This document shows positions 24,967-34,677 of a stretch of 55,994 nucleotides of DNA, piece by piece. The notes beneath the pieces were generated by a model. That model was not told where the DNA came from, made no database searches, and worked only from the letters and a program-made list of their open reading frames with translations. Made by a program: the position numbers and the translations under genes. Source of the stretch: a virus (lineage: Duplodnaviria > Caudoviricetes); the IMG/VR virus record IMGVR_UViG_3300025543_000030, positions 1 to 55,994 of that record, one strand, 5' to 3'. The stretch's first letter is position 1. Every line of letters begins with the position of its first letter.

Positions 24967-26187
24967 ATGGGATCAGCAAAACACATTAGAAACAACGGTG
25001 AACAAATAAATATTCACGGTCATGACAACTACCAAATGCCAGGCACTTACAAGCAAATGGGGGATATGAATCAAAACCAATCTCTTGGTGCTTATAAATT
25101 AGTTGGAGATCAAGAAATGATGCAACCTGGCAAAATATCAGGAGGTGCATCTAAATACATAAAAGAAGCATATGGAGCAGGTAAACTTGATGATCCAGAA
25201 ACGGCAGCTGAAAAAGCAGCTAGATTAGCTAAAGCAAAAAAAGATCAAAAACCAAAAAATTCAACAACAGGAGATGTTAGTTTTAAAATAGATGATAGTG
25301 GTGCTACTTTAAGCAAAAGCAAAACGACAACTTCAAGCACGCCTTCTAGTTCTAGCTCAAAAAGCTCAACACCAATTGTAGATAAGGGGGAGGATGTTTT
25401 TTATAACAATCTTACATCTTCTGCAAAAGATATGAGTGCTATGGCTGCAGCTGGAATTGATGTAAACGATAGAAAAGCTGTTTTAAATTATGGAAATACT
25501 AAGGCAAAAAACATGAAATCTAGTTCTAGCTCGTCTACAAGTAGCTCTTCAAGTTCTGAAAATAATCCAGTTACAATTAAATCTATTAATAGCGCTAGTA
25601 ATTACGCAATGCAATCGATGTTAGGCGATAGAAATAGAGATGTTTACGCAGGGGAAATGCAGGCTAAAAAAGACTCTGCTTCAGCTTATCAAAAAACATT
25701 TAAAAATTTATTACAAAACAATTCAAGTGCAGGTTTAGGACAAAAGGTTTTAAATGATTTTGGTGATATTGCTGGAAGATATGCTAGCAAAAAAGCTAAT
25801 ACAACAAGGAGAGGATATGGTATACCTGAAGTAAAATCTAAAAAGGATTTAAAAGGTAGAACTTATGGCAATATTGGTGGTGGTCGAACAGGCGATACTA
25901 CACCTTCATATAAAAATCCCGACGCTCCTGGTGGTAGAAGTAGAATCGCAAACTCTCCTACTACATACTCTAGATCAACTCCTATATATGCTGATTTTAA
26001 AAAGCTTTATGGGACAACGAATGATGGACCAAATAAAGGTATTCACAGCTCTAAAAGTTATGGTATAAATAAAATTTTAGGAGACTTAGATAACAGCGGG
26101 GACTTAAGTGGTTATGAAGCTAAAAGACAAGCTGCTATTGAAAAAAATATGTCTAAAGGTTCTACTAAAAAAGGATATAAACATTAA
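24967..26187 (+). CDS. low-complexity Ser/Lys/Gly-rich protein with C-terminal EF-hand-like loop
   Basis: Poly-Ser tracts; DLDNSGDLSGYE fits the 12-residue EF-hand loop consensus. Confidence 0.7.
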   Translation: MGSAKHIRNNGEQINIHGHDNYQMPGTYKQMGDMNQNQSLGAYKLVGDQEMMQPGKISGGASKYIKEAYGAGKLDDPETAAEKAARLAKAKKDQKPKNSTTGDVSFKIDDSGATLSKSKTTTSSTPSSSSSKSSTPIVDKGEDVFYNNLTSSAKDMSAMAAAGIDVNDRKAVLNYGNTKAKNMKSSSSSSTSSSSSSENNPVTIKSINSASNYAMQSMLGDRNRDVYAGEMQAKKDSASAYQKTFKNLLQNNSSAGLGQKVLNDFGDIAGRYASKKANTTRRGYGIPEVKSKKDLKGRTYGNIGGGRTGDTTPSYKNPDAPGGRSRIANSPTTYSRSTPIYADFKKLYGTTNDGPNKGIHSSKSYGINKILGDLDNSGDLSGYEAKRQAAIEKNMSKGSTKKGYKH

Positions 26188-26250
26188 ACCAAATAACACC
26201 ATTATTAGTATACCCAAATAAAAACAATTAACAAAACAAAAATTATTATT

Positions 26251-26574
26251 ATGAGTTATTTACAAATCCCGCTTACGCCAGCGGTTAATGGCCAAACAAG
26301 TGTAGTTATTCAGAAAAAGGATATTTTAAGTGTTCTTGCTGTAAACGCTACAAGCACAGTTATCAACATGAACACAGGTGTTGCCGCTGAAGACGTGCTT
26401 ACACTAACGCACACAGCTGCTGCAGCTGGATACAATGTTGCTGATGTTGTACAAGATGCTTGGGTTTCTAATCCAGGAGGTATTGTTGCAAAAATAGGAG
26501 GTATTCCTGCAACTGTTAGTGCAACTGGACAAGCTTTAACATTTGTTCAATTCTCAGCAGCAGTATTTAGCTAA
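26251..26574 (+). CDS. hypothetical (probably virion) protein
   Basis: A/V/T-rich, 107 aa, strong A-rich leader. Confidence 0.7.
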   Translation: MSYLQIPLTPAVNGQTSVVIQKKDILSVLAVNATSTVINMNTGVAAEDVLTLTHTAAAAGYNVADVVQDAWVSNPGGIVAKIGGIPATVSATGQALTFVQFSAAVFS

Positions 26575-26575
26575 G

Positions 26576-26728
26576 ATGAAACCTAAAGGCTTAGGTGATA
26601 AAATAGAGTCTTTCACTAAAGTAACTGGTATTAAAAAAGTTGTTGATGCGGTGTCACAGGGTTTAAACATACCCTGTGGCTGCCAACAACGTAAAGAGAC
26701 TCTTAATAAAATGTTTCCAGGAAAATGA
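26576..26728 (+). CDS. small conserved phage protein (GLGD...CGC..RK..LN family); start revised to 26576
   Basis: MKPKGLGDKIESFTKVTGIKK...PCGCQQRKETLN. Confidence 0.7.
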   Translation: MKPKGLGDKIESFTKVTGIKKVVDAVSQGLNIPCGCQQRKETLNKMFPGK

Positions 26729-27036
26729 GTTTTAAACTAAAACCACCTTTTGATAAATTTCCTACTCCAATAGTTAATGTTGCTTTTGAAGAAAGTGATG
26801 TTATAGGTAGAGCTGACAAAAGGGGAACCATTTTAATAAATAAAGATATAACTGATCCAGAGTTAATAAAAGAAACTATAAATCACGAAAATGTTCATAT
26901 ACATCAAATGGCAAGAGGTGATTTAGATTATGATAAAGATGCAATGTACTGGAAAGGAAAAAAATATTTAAGATCATCTTTTGATGAAGGTGATAAAACT
27001 TTACCGTGGGAAGCGCCCGCATATAAAGCAGAATAA
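26725..27036 (+). CDS. small zincin-like metallopeptidase
   Basis: HENVH (HExxH) followed by Q, plus a distal PWEAPAY. Confidence 0.7.
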   Translation: MSFKLKPPFDKFPTPIVNVAFEESDVIGRADKRGTILINKDITDPELIKETINHENVHIHQMARGDLDYDKDAMYWKGKKYLRSSFDEGDKTLPWEAPAYKAE

Positions 27037-27038
27037 AT

Positions 27039-27500
27039 ATGTCTAAACCTAAAAAAAAATTCGCAGAAACTACAGTAGGTAAACTATTGTTCGGTGCTGC
27101 ATCATTAGTTAACCCCGCGTTAGGTAGTGTGCTAAGCGGTGTAACATCACCTGCTGAAGCTATAGCCGCTATCGGTAAATCCGACGTAAGTGGTGAAGAT
27201 AAAATAAAACTACAACAGCTTATATTTGAACAACAAAATAAAGAGATGGAAGCTGTTACATCAAGATGGAAAGCCGATTCAATGTCAGATTCGTGGCTTT
27301 CGAAAAATGTACGCCCACTAGTTTTAGTGTGGTGTATTGTTATATTTTCTATTGCTGGTTTACTTGATAGCATAGATTCTATTCCGTTTCATATAGGCGA
27401 AACGTGGAACGATACTTTTGAAAAAGTAATGATGTCTGTTGTTTTAGCCTATTTCGGTGGTCGGACAACTGAAAAAGCTACAAGTTTATTTAAAAAGTGA
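27039..27500 (+). CDS. holin (3TM, GTA-holin-like)
   Basis: RWKAD..SDSWLSKNVRPL followed by two hydrophobic segments and YFGGRT.EK. Confidence 0.8.
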   Translation: MSKPKKKFAETTVGKLLFGAASLVNPALGSVLSGVTSPAEAIAAIGKSDVSGEDKIKLQQLIFEQQNKEMEAVTSRWKADSMSDSWLSKNVRPLVLVWCIVIFSIAGLLDSIDSIPFHIGETWNDTFEKVMMSVVLAYFGGRTTEKATSLFKK

Positions 27501-27552
27501 AGAAAACCTGTAACTATATTAATACATTAATAACCAATTAAATTAAATTAAA

Positions 27553-27807
27553 ATGAGTGAAGTAAAACAAATGATTACCAAAGACCAACTGAAAAAAATT
27601 CAGGACTTTCAAAAAGAATTAAACAAATTTTTAAACGAAGTTGGATTTTTAGAAGCCCAAAAAACCGCAGTATTGGGTAAGTTCCATGAAGTTAACAAGC
27701 AGACTGAAGACTTCAAAAAAGAATTAGAAGACGAGTATGGATCTATTAATATTAATTTAGAAGATGGATCATTTACTCCTATTGAAAAAGAAGAAGATAA
27801 GAAGTAA
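27553..27807 (+). CDS. coiled-coil hypothetical protein
   Basis: ORF track; LEDEYGSININLEDGSF; (TAAAT)n leader. Confidence 0.75.
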   Translation: MSEVKQMITKDQLKKIQDFQKELNKFLNEVGFLEAQKTAVLGKFHEVNKQTEDFKKELEDEYGSININLEDGSFTPIEKEEDKK

Positions 27808-28034
27808 TGTCGTCTGTAATTAGAAAGATAAGTATTGGTTCTGACTATAAAACTGATGCTATGCACTACTCGTTGGGGCAGTCAGTATATGGTGGTCATA
27901 CAATATCTCATATACTTTCCGATAAGACAGATAATTCTTATAATATTTACATCAAAAAACGAGACGAGGTATTGCCATGGAAAAAGTTCAACTGTAACAT
28001 GGCAATCTCCGTTGAGTATGATTTAGAATATTAA
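27807..28034 (+). CDS. conserved hypothetical protein
   Basis: IRKISIGSDYK.DAMHY; TAATG coupling on both sides. Confidence 0.75.
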   Translation: MSSVIRKISIGSDYKTDAMHYSLGQSVYGGHTISHILSDKTDNSYNIYIKKRDEVLPWKKFNCNMAISVEYDLEY

Positions 28035-28639
28035 TGAAAAGTTTATTTGATTTTATCGTTGAGCCTGTTGGCCAGCGATATTCTAATAAAGTCAAAGTAG
28101 GTGACAAAAGCCTTATAATCAATACCCAAGTAGAAACTTTTAAGTCTGTAAATAATATAGCTAAAGTTATAGAAACACCTTTATCATTTAAAACTGATAT
28201 TAAAAAAGGTGATTTAATAATGATTCATCATAACGTGTTTAGAAGATGGTACAACATGAGAGGTGAAGAAAAAAATAGTAAGTCTTATTTCAAAGATGGT
28301 TTATATTTTGTTCAATTAGATCAAGTTTACTTATACAAAAGAAAAGATAAATGGATAACTATCAATGATAGATGTTTCATAAGTCCAATCAAAAGTAATG
28401 ACAATACAGTGTCAGATCAGGAGCAATATCTTATTGGTGTATTAAAATATGGTAATAGTGCCTTAGAAGCGCTAGGACTCAACGAGGGAGACTTAGTTGG
28501 TTACACACCTAACGGAGAATATGACTTTGTCGTTGATGGCAAACGTCTTTATTGTATGAAATCTAATGATATTGTAATTAAACATGAACGTCAAGGAAAC
28601 GAAGAAGAATATAATCCACGCTGGGCACGTAGCGGTTGA
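28034..28639 (+). CDS. tandem GroES-like domain protein
   Basis: Two GroES-like halves: FIVEP...AKVIETP...IKKGDLI and CFISP...GVLKYG...LNEGDLVGY...VDGKRLYCMKSNDI. Confidence 0.6.
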   Translation: MKSLFDFIVEPVGQRYSNKVKVGDKSLIINTQVETFKSVNNIAKVIETPLSFKTDIKKGDLIMIHHNVFRRWYNMRGEEKNSKSYFKDGLYFVQLDQVYLYKRKDKWITINDRCFISPIKSNDNTVSDQEQYLIGVLKYGNSALEALGLNEGDLVGYTPNGEYDFVVDGKRLYCMKSNDIVIKHERQGNEEEYNPRWARSG

Positions 28640-28859
28640 AGAATTAATTAAAGTAGCTAAAGAAGCTATTGTAGATTCTGATGACGATATATCTGCTGAT
28701 AGATTAAAAAACGCCGCTGCAACTAAAAAGTTAGCTATATTTGATGCTTTTGAAATACTCAACCGTATTAAAGAAGAAGAGGATATGTTAAACGATAAAC
28801 CAAAAGAAGAAAAGAAAAAAGAAGCTTTTGGAGGTTTTGCAGAAAGAAGATCTAAATAA
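28584..28859 (+). CDS. putative terminase small subunit
   Basis: Helical 91-aa ORF translationally coupled to TerL; positional inference. Confidence 0.45.
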   Translation: MNVKETKKNIIHAGHVAVEELIKVAKEAIVDSDDDISADRLKNAAATKKLAIFDAFEILNRIKEEEDMLNDKPKEEKKKEAFGGFAERRSK

Positions 28860-31063
28860 TGTACGAGCAAACATTATACAAAGTAATTGATCATATAAAA
28901 CCACAAGCCATAAAAAGATTAAATAAATCTAAAAAATGGGATTATGGTTACAATAAAGAATATGATGTTATTGTTATATCTAAAACCGGTGAAATAGGTG
29001 AGGTTTATGAAATACAAAATTTAAAAATAGCATTACCAAAACAAAAAGATGTTAACAAGGATTACGACAAATGGCAAGTACATGAGTATCCTAAAACATT
29101 AAATAAAATTAAAACAATATTTGACTGGAAAGAATATCCAGATGATTTTAAAGAAAAATGGTATGCGTATATTGATAGAGAATTTGCTAGGCGCCACGAA
29201 GGCTATTGGTTCACTAATAAAGGTGAAGCTACTTATATTACTGGTACTCATTACATGTACCTGCAGTGGTCCAAGATTGATGTTGGGCAAGCAGATTTTA
29301 GGGAAGCAAACAGATTATTCTATATATTCTGGGAAGCTTGTAAAGCAGATTACCGTTGCTACGGAATGTGCTACCTCAAAAACAGACGGTCTGGTTTTTC
29401 ATTCATGGCATCAGGTGAAACTGTCAACCTTGCCACTATCTCTAGTGATGCTAGATACGGTGTCCTTTCGAAGTCCGGGGCTGATGCAAAGAAAATGTTT
29501 ACCGATAAAATCGTACCAATTTCCGTCAACTATCCATTTTTCTTCAAACCGATTCAAGACGGTATGGATCGACCAAAAACAGAACTTGCATATAGAGTTC
29601 CCGCTAGTAGATTTACAAGACGTAAATTAGATAGCAATGAAAAGTTAGAGGAGATAGAAGGATTAGATACAACTATTGACTGGAAAAACACTGGAGACAA
29701 CAGCTATGATGGTGAAAAATTACAATTATTAGTACACGATGAATCTGGTAAGTGGGAAAAACCTGATAATATATTAAATAACTGGAGAGTTACGAAAACT
29801 TGTTTACGATTAGGTTCTAGAATTATAGGTAAGTGTATGATGGGGTCAACATCAAACGCTTTAGACAAAGGAGGTAGAAATTATAAAAAACTATACGATG
29901 ATTCAGACGTTACCAGAAGAAACCGCAATGGGCAGACTAGCTCGGGATTATATAGCTTGTTCATACCTATGGAATGGAATTACGAAGGATACATCGATTC
30001 TTATGGGTTACCTGTCTTTGAGACACCCAAAAAACCCAAAAAAGGACCAGATGGTTTCCCGATTGAAATTGGTGTTATCGAACACTGGGAAAATGAAGTA
30101 GATGGCCTTAAGGATGATCCTGACGCGCTTAATGAACTATATAGACAGTTTCCACGTACAGAAAAACATGCTTTTAGAGATGAGACTAAACAATCTTTAT
30201 TTAATTTAACAAAAATATACGAACAAATAGATTATAACGAAGATTTAAAACACTCAAACACAGTTACACAAGGTAATTTTCAATGGGAAGGTGGGATTAA
30301 AGATACAAGCGTTATGTTTGTTCCAAGCAAACAAGGTAGGTTTTTTGTTTCTTGGGTGCCAAATGTTAGTCAACAAAACAGAGTTCTTGTAAAAAATGGT
30401 AGAAAGTTTCCAGGAAATGAACACATGGGTGCTTTTGGGTGTGACAGTTACGATATATCAGGAACTGTAGACGGTAGAGGTTCTAAAGGTTCATTACATG
30501 GTTTAACTAAGTTTAGCATGGAAGATGCTCCACCTAATTTATTTTTTTTAGAATATATAGCTAGACCACAAACTGCTGAAATGTTTTTTGAAGATGTACT
30601 TATGGCTTGTGTTTTTTATGGTATGCCTATACTTGCAGAAAATAATAAACCAAGACTATTGTATCATTTTAAAAGAAGAGGTTACAGAGGTTATTCTATG
30701 AACCGACCAGATAAAACAATGCACAAATTATCTGTAACTGAAAAAGAAATAGGTGGTATACCTAATTCGAGTGAAGATGTAAAACAAGCCCATGCTGCGG
30801 CTATTGAAGCTTATATTGAAATGTTTGTTGGCTACAACAATGAACAGTATGGAACGATGTATTTTCAAAGAACATTAGAAGACTGGGCAGCATTTGATAT
30901 AAACAATAGAACAAAACACGATGCATCTATAAGCTCTGGTTTAGCTATCATGGCTTGTAATAAAAACAAATATAGACCCATACCTGAAACTGTAAGACAA
31001 CCTGTTAATTTAAGTTTTGCAAAATATAATAACAAAGGTAGAGAATCAAAAATAATTAATTAG
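28859..31063 (+). CDS. terL: terminase large subunit
   Basis: Walker A-like LKNRRSGFS, Walker B LLVHDESGKW, coupling motif MGSTSN, nuclease GCDSYD and HDASIS; precedes the portal. Confidence 0.92.
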   Translation: MYEQTLYKVIDHIKPQAIKRLNKSKKWDYGYNKEYDVIVISKTGEIGEVYEIQNLKIALPKQKDVNKDYDKWQVHEYPKTLNKIKTIFDWKEYPDDFKEKWYAYIDREFARRHEGYWFTNKGEATYITGTHYMYLQWSKIDVGQADFREANRLFYIFWEACKADYRCYGMCYLKNRRSGFSFMASGETVNLATISSDARYGVLSKSGADAKKMFTDKIVPISVNYPFFFKPIQDGMDRPKTELAYRVPASRFTRRKLDSNEKLEEIEGLDTTIDWKNTGDNSYDGEKLQLLVHDESGKWEKPDNILNNWRVTKTCLRLGSRIIGKCMMGSTSNALDKGGRNYKKLYDDSDVTRRNRNGQTSSGLYSLFIPMEWNYEGYIDSYGLPVFETPKKPKKGPDGFPIEIGVIEHWENEVDGLKDDPDALNELYRQFPRTEKHAFRDETKQSLFNLTKIYEQIDYNEDLKHSNTVTQGNFQWEGGIKDTSVMFVPSKQGRFFVSWVPNVSQQNRVLVKNGRKFPGNEHMGAFGCDSYDISGTVDGRGSKGSLHGLTKFSMEDAPPNLFFLEYIARPQTAEMFFEDVLMACVFYGMPILAENNKPRLLYHFKRRGYRGYSMNRPDKTMHKLSVTEKEIGGIPNSSEDVKQAHAAAIEAYIEMFVGYNNEQYGTMYFQRTLEDWAAFDINNRTKHDASISSGLAIMACNKNKYRPIPETVRQPVNLSFAKYNNKGRESKIIN

Positions 31064-33472
31064 ATGAAATTAAACACTGGTGTTAATAGTGCGTTTCCTG
31101 ATCAGATGGTATCTGAAGAGGAAAAGAGAAGTTTAGAATATGGGTTATTAGTAGGACAAGCCATTGAGTATGAATGGTTTAGAGGTGGTAGAGTTAATGG
31201 TAGTAGATGGAATACAGGTTACCAAAATTTTCATAATCTTAGGTTATATGCTAGAGGAGAGCAAAACGTACAAAAATATAAAGATGAATTATCTATAAAT
31301 GGTGATTTATCTTATTTAAATTTAGACTGGAAGCCAGTACCTATTATACCTAAATTTGTAGATATAGTAGTAAATGGTATTGCATCTAAAAATTATGATA
31401 TAAAAGCTTTTTCACAAGATCCTTTTGCTTTAAAACAAAGAACTCAATATGCAACTAACATAGTTAGAGATATGTACTCTCAAGATTTGTTAGAAACAGC
31501 AAAGCAAAATACTGGTCAAGACTTTTCACAATCAAATATTCCAGCTGTAGATCTTCCAAGAACTAAAGAAGAATTAGAATTGCATATGCAATTAAGCTAT
31601 AAACAAAGTATAGAAATAGCTGAAGAAGAAGTTATAAACAATGTTTTAGCTAATAATAAATATCATTTAACTAAAAAAAGAGTTATTGAAGATATTACAA
31701 CAATAGGTATAGGATCTGTAAAAACAAATTTTACTAAATCTAATGGTGTTTTAGTAGAGTATGTTGATCCTGCTAATTTAGTATATTCTTATACTAATGA
31801 TCCTAATTTTGAAGACATATATTATATAGGTGAAATAAAGTCAATGACTTTAGCTGAAATTAAAAAAAGGTTTCCATATTTAACTGATCAAGAGTTAGAA
31901 AAAATGGTTAAATATCCAGGTAGAGATGGTTATATAGCTAATCCTAATTACGATAATGATTTAGTTCAAATATTATTTTTTGAATATAAAACATTTATTG
32001 ATCAAGTTTTTAAAATAAAACAAACTGATACCGGTTTAGAAAAAACTTTAGAAAAACCAGATACTTTTAACCCTCCACCTAGCGATAACTTTAATAGGGT
32101 TTCAAGATCTATAGAGGTTTTATTTAGTGGAGCTAAAGTAATGGGTGTACCTCAAATGTTAGAATGGAAATTAGCTGAAAACATGACAAGACCAGTTTCT
32201 GACACAACAAAGGTTAATATGAACTATACTATATGTGCGCCTAATTTATATCAAGGTCGTATAGAGTCTCTTGTTAGTAGAATAACTGGTTTTGCCGATA
32301 TGATACAATTAACATCGTTAAAATTACAACAAGTAATTCAACGTATGGTTCCAGATGGTGTTTTTGTAGATGTAGATGGTTTAGCAGAGGTGGATTTAGG
32401 TAATGGAACTAATTACAATCCACAAGAGGCTTTAAATATGTACTTTCAAACTGGTAGTATAGTTGGAAGAAGTTTAACACAAGATGGTGATCCTAATAGA
32501 GGTAAGGTACCTATACAAGAATTACAAACCTCCAGTGCAAACGGAAAAATAGCATCACTTGTAAATACATATCAGTATTATTTACAGATGATAAGAGACG
32601 TAACAGGTCTTAATGAAGCGCGAGACGGCAGTTTACCAGACAAGGACGCTTTAGTCGGATTGCAAAAAATGGCTGCCAATGCTTCTAACATAGCTACAAA
32701 ACATATTTTAGATGCTAGCTTATATTTAACTTTAAGAGCTTGTGAAAATGTTTCATTAAGAATAGCTGATGCTTTAATGTTTCCATTAACAGCCAACTCT
32801 TTAAAAGAAAGTATATCTGTTTTTAATGTTCAAACATTAAAAGAAATAGATTCTTTAAATCTTCATGATTTTGGTATATTTTTAGAACTAGAACCTGATG
32901 ATGAAGAAAAAGCACAGTTAGAACAAAATATTCAAATAGCATTACAAAATCAAGGTATTGATTTGGAAGATGCTATAGATATTAGACAAATAAAAAATCT
33001 TAAGTTAGCAAATCAAATGCTTAAGCTTAAAAGAAAGCAAAAGCAAGAAAGAGATCAAGCTAATCAACAACAAATGATTCAAGCTCAAGCACAGGCTAAT
33101 ATGCAACAGTCTGAACAAGCGGCTATGAATGAAGTTGAAAAACAACAAGCTTTAGCACAAACTTCAATACAAATTGAACAAGCTAAATCTCAATTTGAAA
33201 TACAAAGAATGGAGCAAGAAGCATTAATTAAAAAACAATTAATGGCTGAAGAGTTTAATTATCAGTTACAATTAGCACAAGCTAAAATTAACACCGATAG
33301 ACAAAAAGAACAATTTATAGAAGATCGTAAAGATAAAAGAACAAAAATACAAGCAACGCAACAATCTAAAATGATTGAGCAACGTCAAAATGACTTGTTA
33401 CCTACAGATTTTGAATCAGCAGGTATGGATAATTTAGGCGGATTTGGTTTAGAGCAGTTTGAACCGCAATAA
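31064..33472 (+). CDS. portal protein
   Basis: 802 aa directly after TerL; IIPKFVDIVVNG, IRDVTGLNEARDG; long Gln-rich C-terminal coiled coil (portal barrel). Confidence 0.85.
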   Translation: MKLNTGVNSAFPDQMVSEEEKRSLEYGLLVGQAIEYEWFRGGRVNGSRWNTGYQNFHNLRLYARGEQNVQKYKDELSINGDLSYLNLDWKPVPIIPKFVDIVVNGIASKNYDIKAFSQDPFALKQRTQYATNIVRDMYSQDLLETAKQNTGQDFSQSNIPAVDLPRTKEELELHMQLSYKQSIEIAEEEVINNVLANNKYHLTKKRVIEDITTIGIGSVKTNFTKSNGVLVEYVDPANLVYSYTNDPNFEDIYYIGEIKSMTLAEIKKRFPYLTDQELEKMVKYPGRDGYIANPNYDNDLVQILFFEYKTFIDQVFKIKQTDTGLEKTLEKPDTFNPPPSDNFNRVSRSIEVLFSGAKVMGVPQMLEWKLAENMTRPVSDTTKVNMNYTICAPNLYQGRIESLVSRITGFADMIQLTSLKLQQVIQRMVPDGVFVDVDGLAEVDLGNGTNYNPQEALNMYFQTGSIVGRSLTQDGDPNRGKVPIQELQTSSANGKIASLVNTYQYYLQMIRDVTGLNEARDGSLPDKDALVGLQKMAANASNIATKHILDASLYLTLRACENVSLRIADALMFPLTANSLKESISVFNVQTLKEIDSLNLHDFGIFLELEPDDEEKAQLEQNIQIALQNQGIDLEDAIDIRQIKNLKLANQMLKLKRKQKQERDQANQQQMIQAQAQANMQQSEQAAMNEVEKQQALAQTSIQIEQAKSQFEIQRMEQEALIKKQLMAEEFNYQLQLAQAKINTDRQKEQFIEDRKDKRTKIQATQQSKMIEQRQNDLLPTDFESAGMDNLGGFGLEQFEPQ

Positions 33473-33502
33473 ACTATTTATTAATTTTTATTATATTATA
33501 TT

Positions 33503-34660
33503 ATGTCAGAACAAGTAAAAGAAGAAGGCACGTTTAAAATTAAACGTAAACCTAAACAATTGGTAAAAGACGATGTTATTAAAGTCGATTTATCAAAACC
33601 TAAAACAGAAGAAACAGATGCCATTCAAGTCGGAGAAACAAAGAAGGTGGTTGTGGGCGAACAAACCGGAAATAGCCCTAAAGTGGACGAACAAGTATCA
33701 GAGCCCAGCCCGATTTCTGAAGTTGAAGAAGAAGTAAAACCTATAGAAGAGGTCGTTGAAGAAGAAATAGTAGAATTAGGGGAAAAAATTGAAGAAAAAG
33801 TTATTGCTCCAACTCCAGAAGAGGCAAGAGAAATAGCTAAGCTACCAGAAAACATTGAAAAAGTCGTAGACTTTATGAAAGAAACTGGTGGAACATTAGA
33901 AGATTATGTAAGATTAAATGCAGATTATTCTAACGTAGACAACGATACTCTATTAAGAGAGTATTACAAACAAGCCAAATCACACTTAGATTCAAGTGAA
34001 ATTAATTTCATGATTGAAGATAATTTTTCATATGATGAAGAAGTGGACGAGGAACGTGAGATTCGTAAAAAGAAACTTGCGTATAAAGAAGAGGTTGCTA
34101 AAGCCCGAAAGCATTTAGATGGTTTAAAAAGTAAATATTACGAGGAAATCAAGTTGAGACCTGGTATTACACGAGACCAACAAAAAGCTATGGACTTTTT
34201 CAATCGCTATAATGAAGAGCAAAACACAGCTCAACAACAACATGAGGCTTTTAAAGCTAATACTAAAGAGTATTTCACTAATGATTTCAAAGGTTTTGAT
34301 ATTAATGTTGGTGAAAAAAAATTTAGATACGGTGTTAAAAATCCAAGTGAAGTTGCAACTAAACAATCGAATATTGCAAACACAATTAAGAAGTTCTTAG
34401 ATGACAAAGGTAATGTAAAAGATGTTAAAGGTTATCATAAAGCTATGTATGCCGCTGAAAACGTTGACAAGATAGCACAACATTTTTATGAGCAAGGTAA
34501 ATCCGATGCTACTAAAGATCTTGTTGCTAAATCTAAAAACATATCCGAAGATGTTAGGCCATCGCCTACCGGAGACGTATTTGTTGGTGGATTAAAAGTT
34601 AAATCGATCAGTGGTCTTGATTCTTCAAAACTGAAGATTAAAACAAGAAAATTTAACTAA
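33503..34660 (+). CDS. acidic scaffold-like head assembly protein
   Basis: Glu-rich N-terminus, helical, located between the portal and the capsid gene. Confidence 0.6.
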   Translation: MSEQVKEEGTFKIKRKPKQLVKDDVIKVDLSKPKTEETDAIQVGETKKVVVGEQTGNSPKVDEQVSEPSPISEVEEEVKPIEEVVEEEIVELGEKIEEKVIAPTPEEAREIAKLPENIEKVVDFMKETGGTLEDYVRLNADYSNVDNDTLLREYYKQAKSHLDSSEINFMIEDNFSYDEEVDEEREIRKKKLAYKEEVAKARKHLDGLKSKYYEEIKLRPGITRDQQKAMDFFNRYNEEQNTAQQQHEAFKANTKEYFTNDFKGFDINVGEKKFRYGVKNPSEVATKQSNIANTIKKFLDDKGNVKDVKGYHKAMYAAENVDKIAQHFYEQGKSDATKDLVAKSKNISEDVRPSPTGDVFVGGLKVKSISGLDSSKLKIKTRKFN

Positions 34661-34677
34661 AAACAAAATTAATTATT

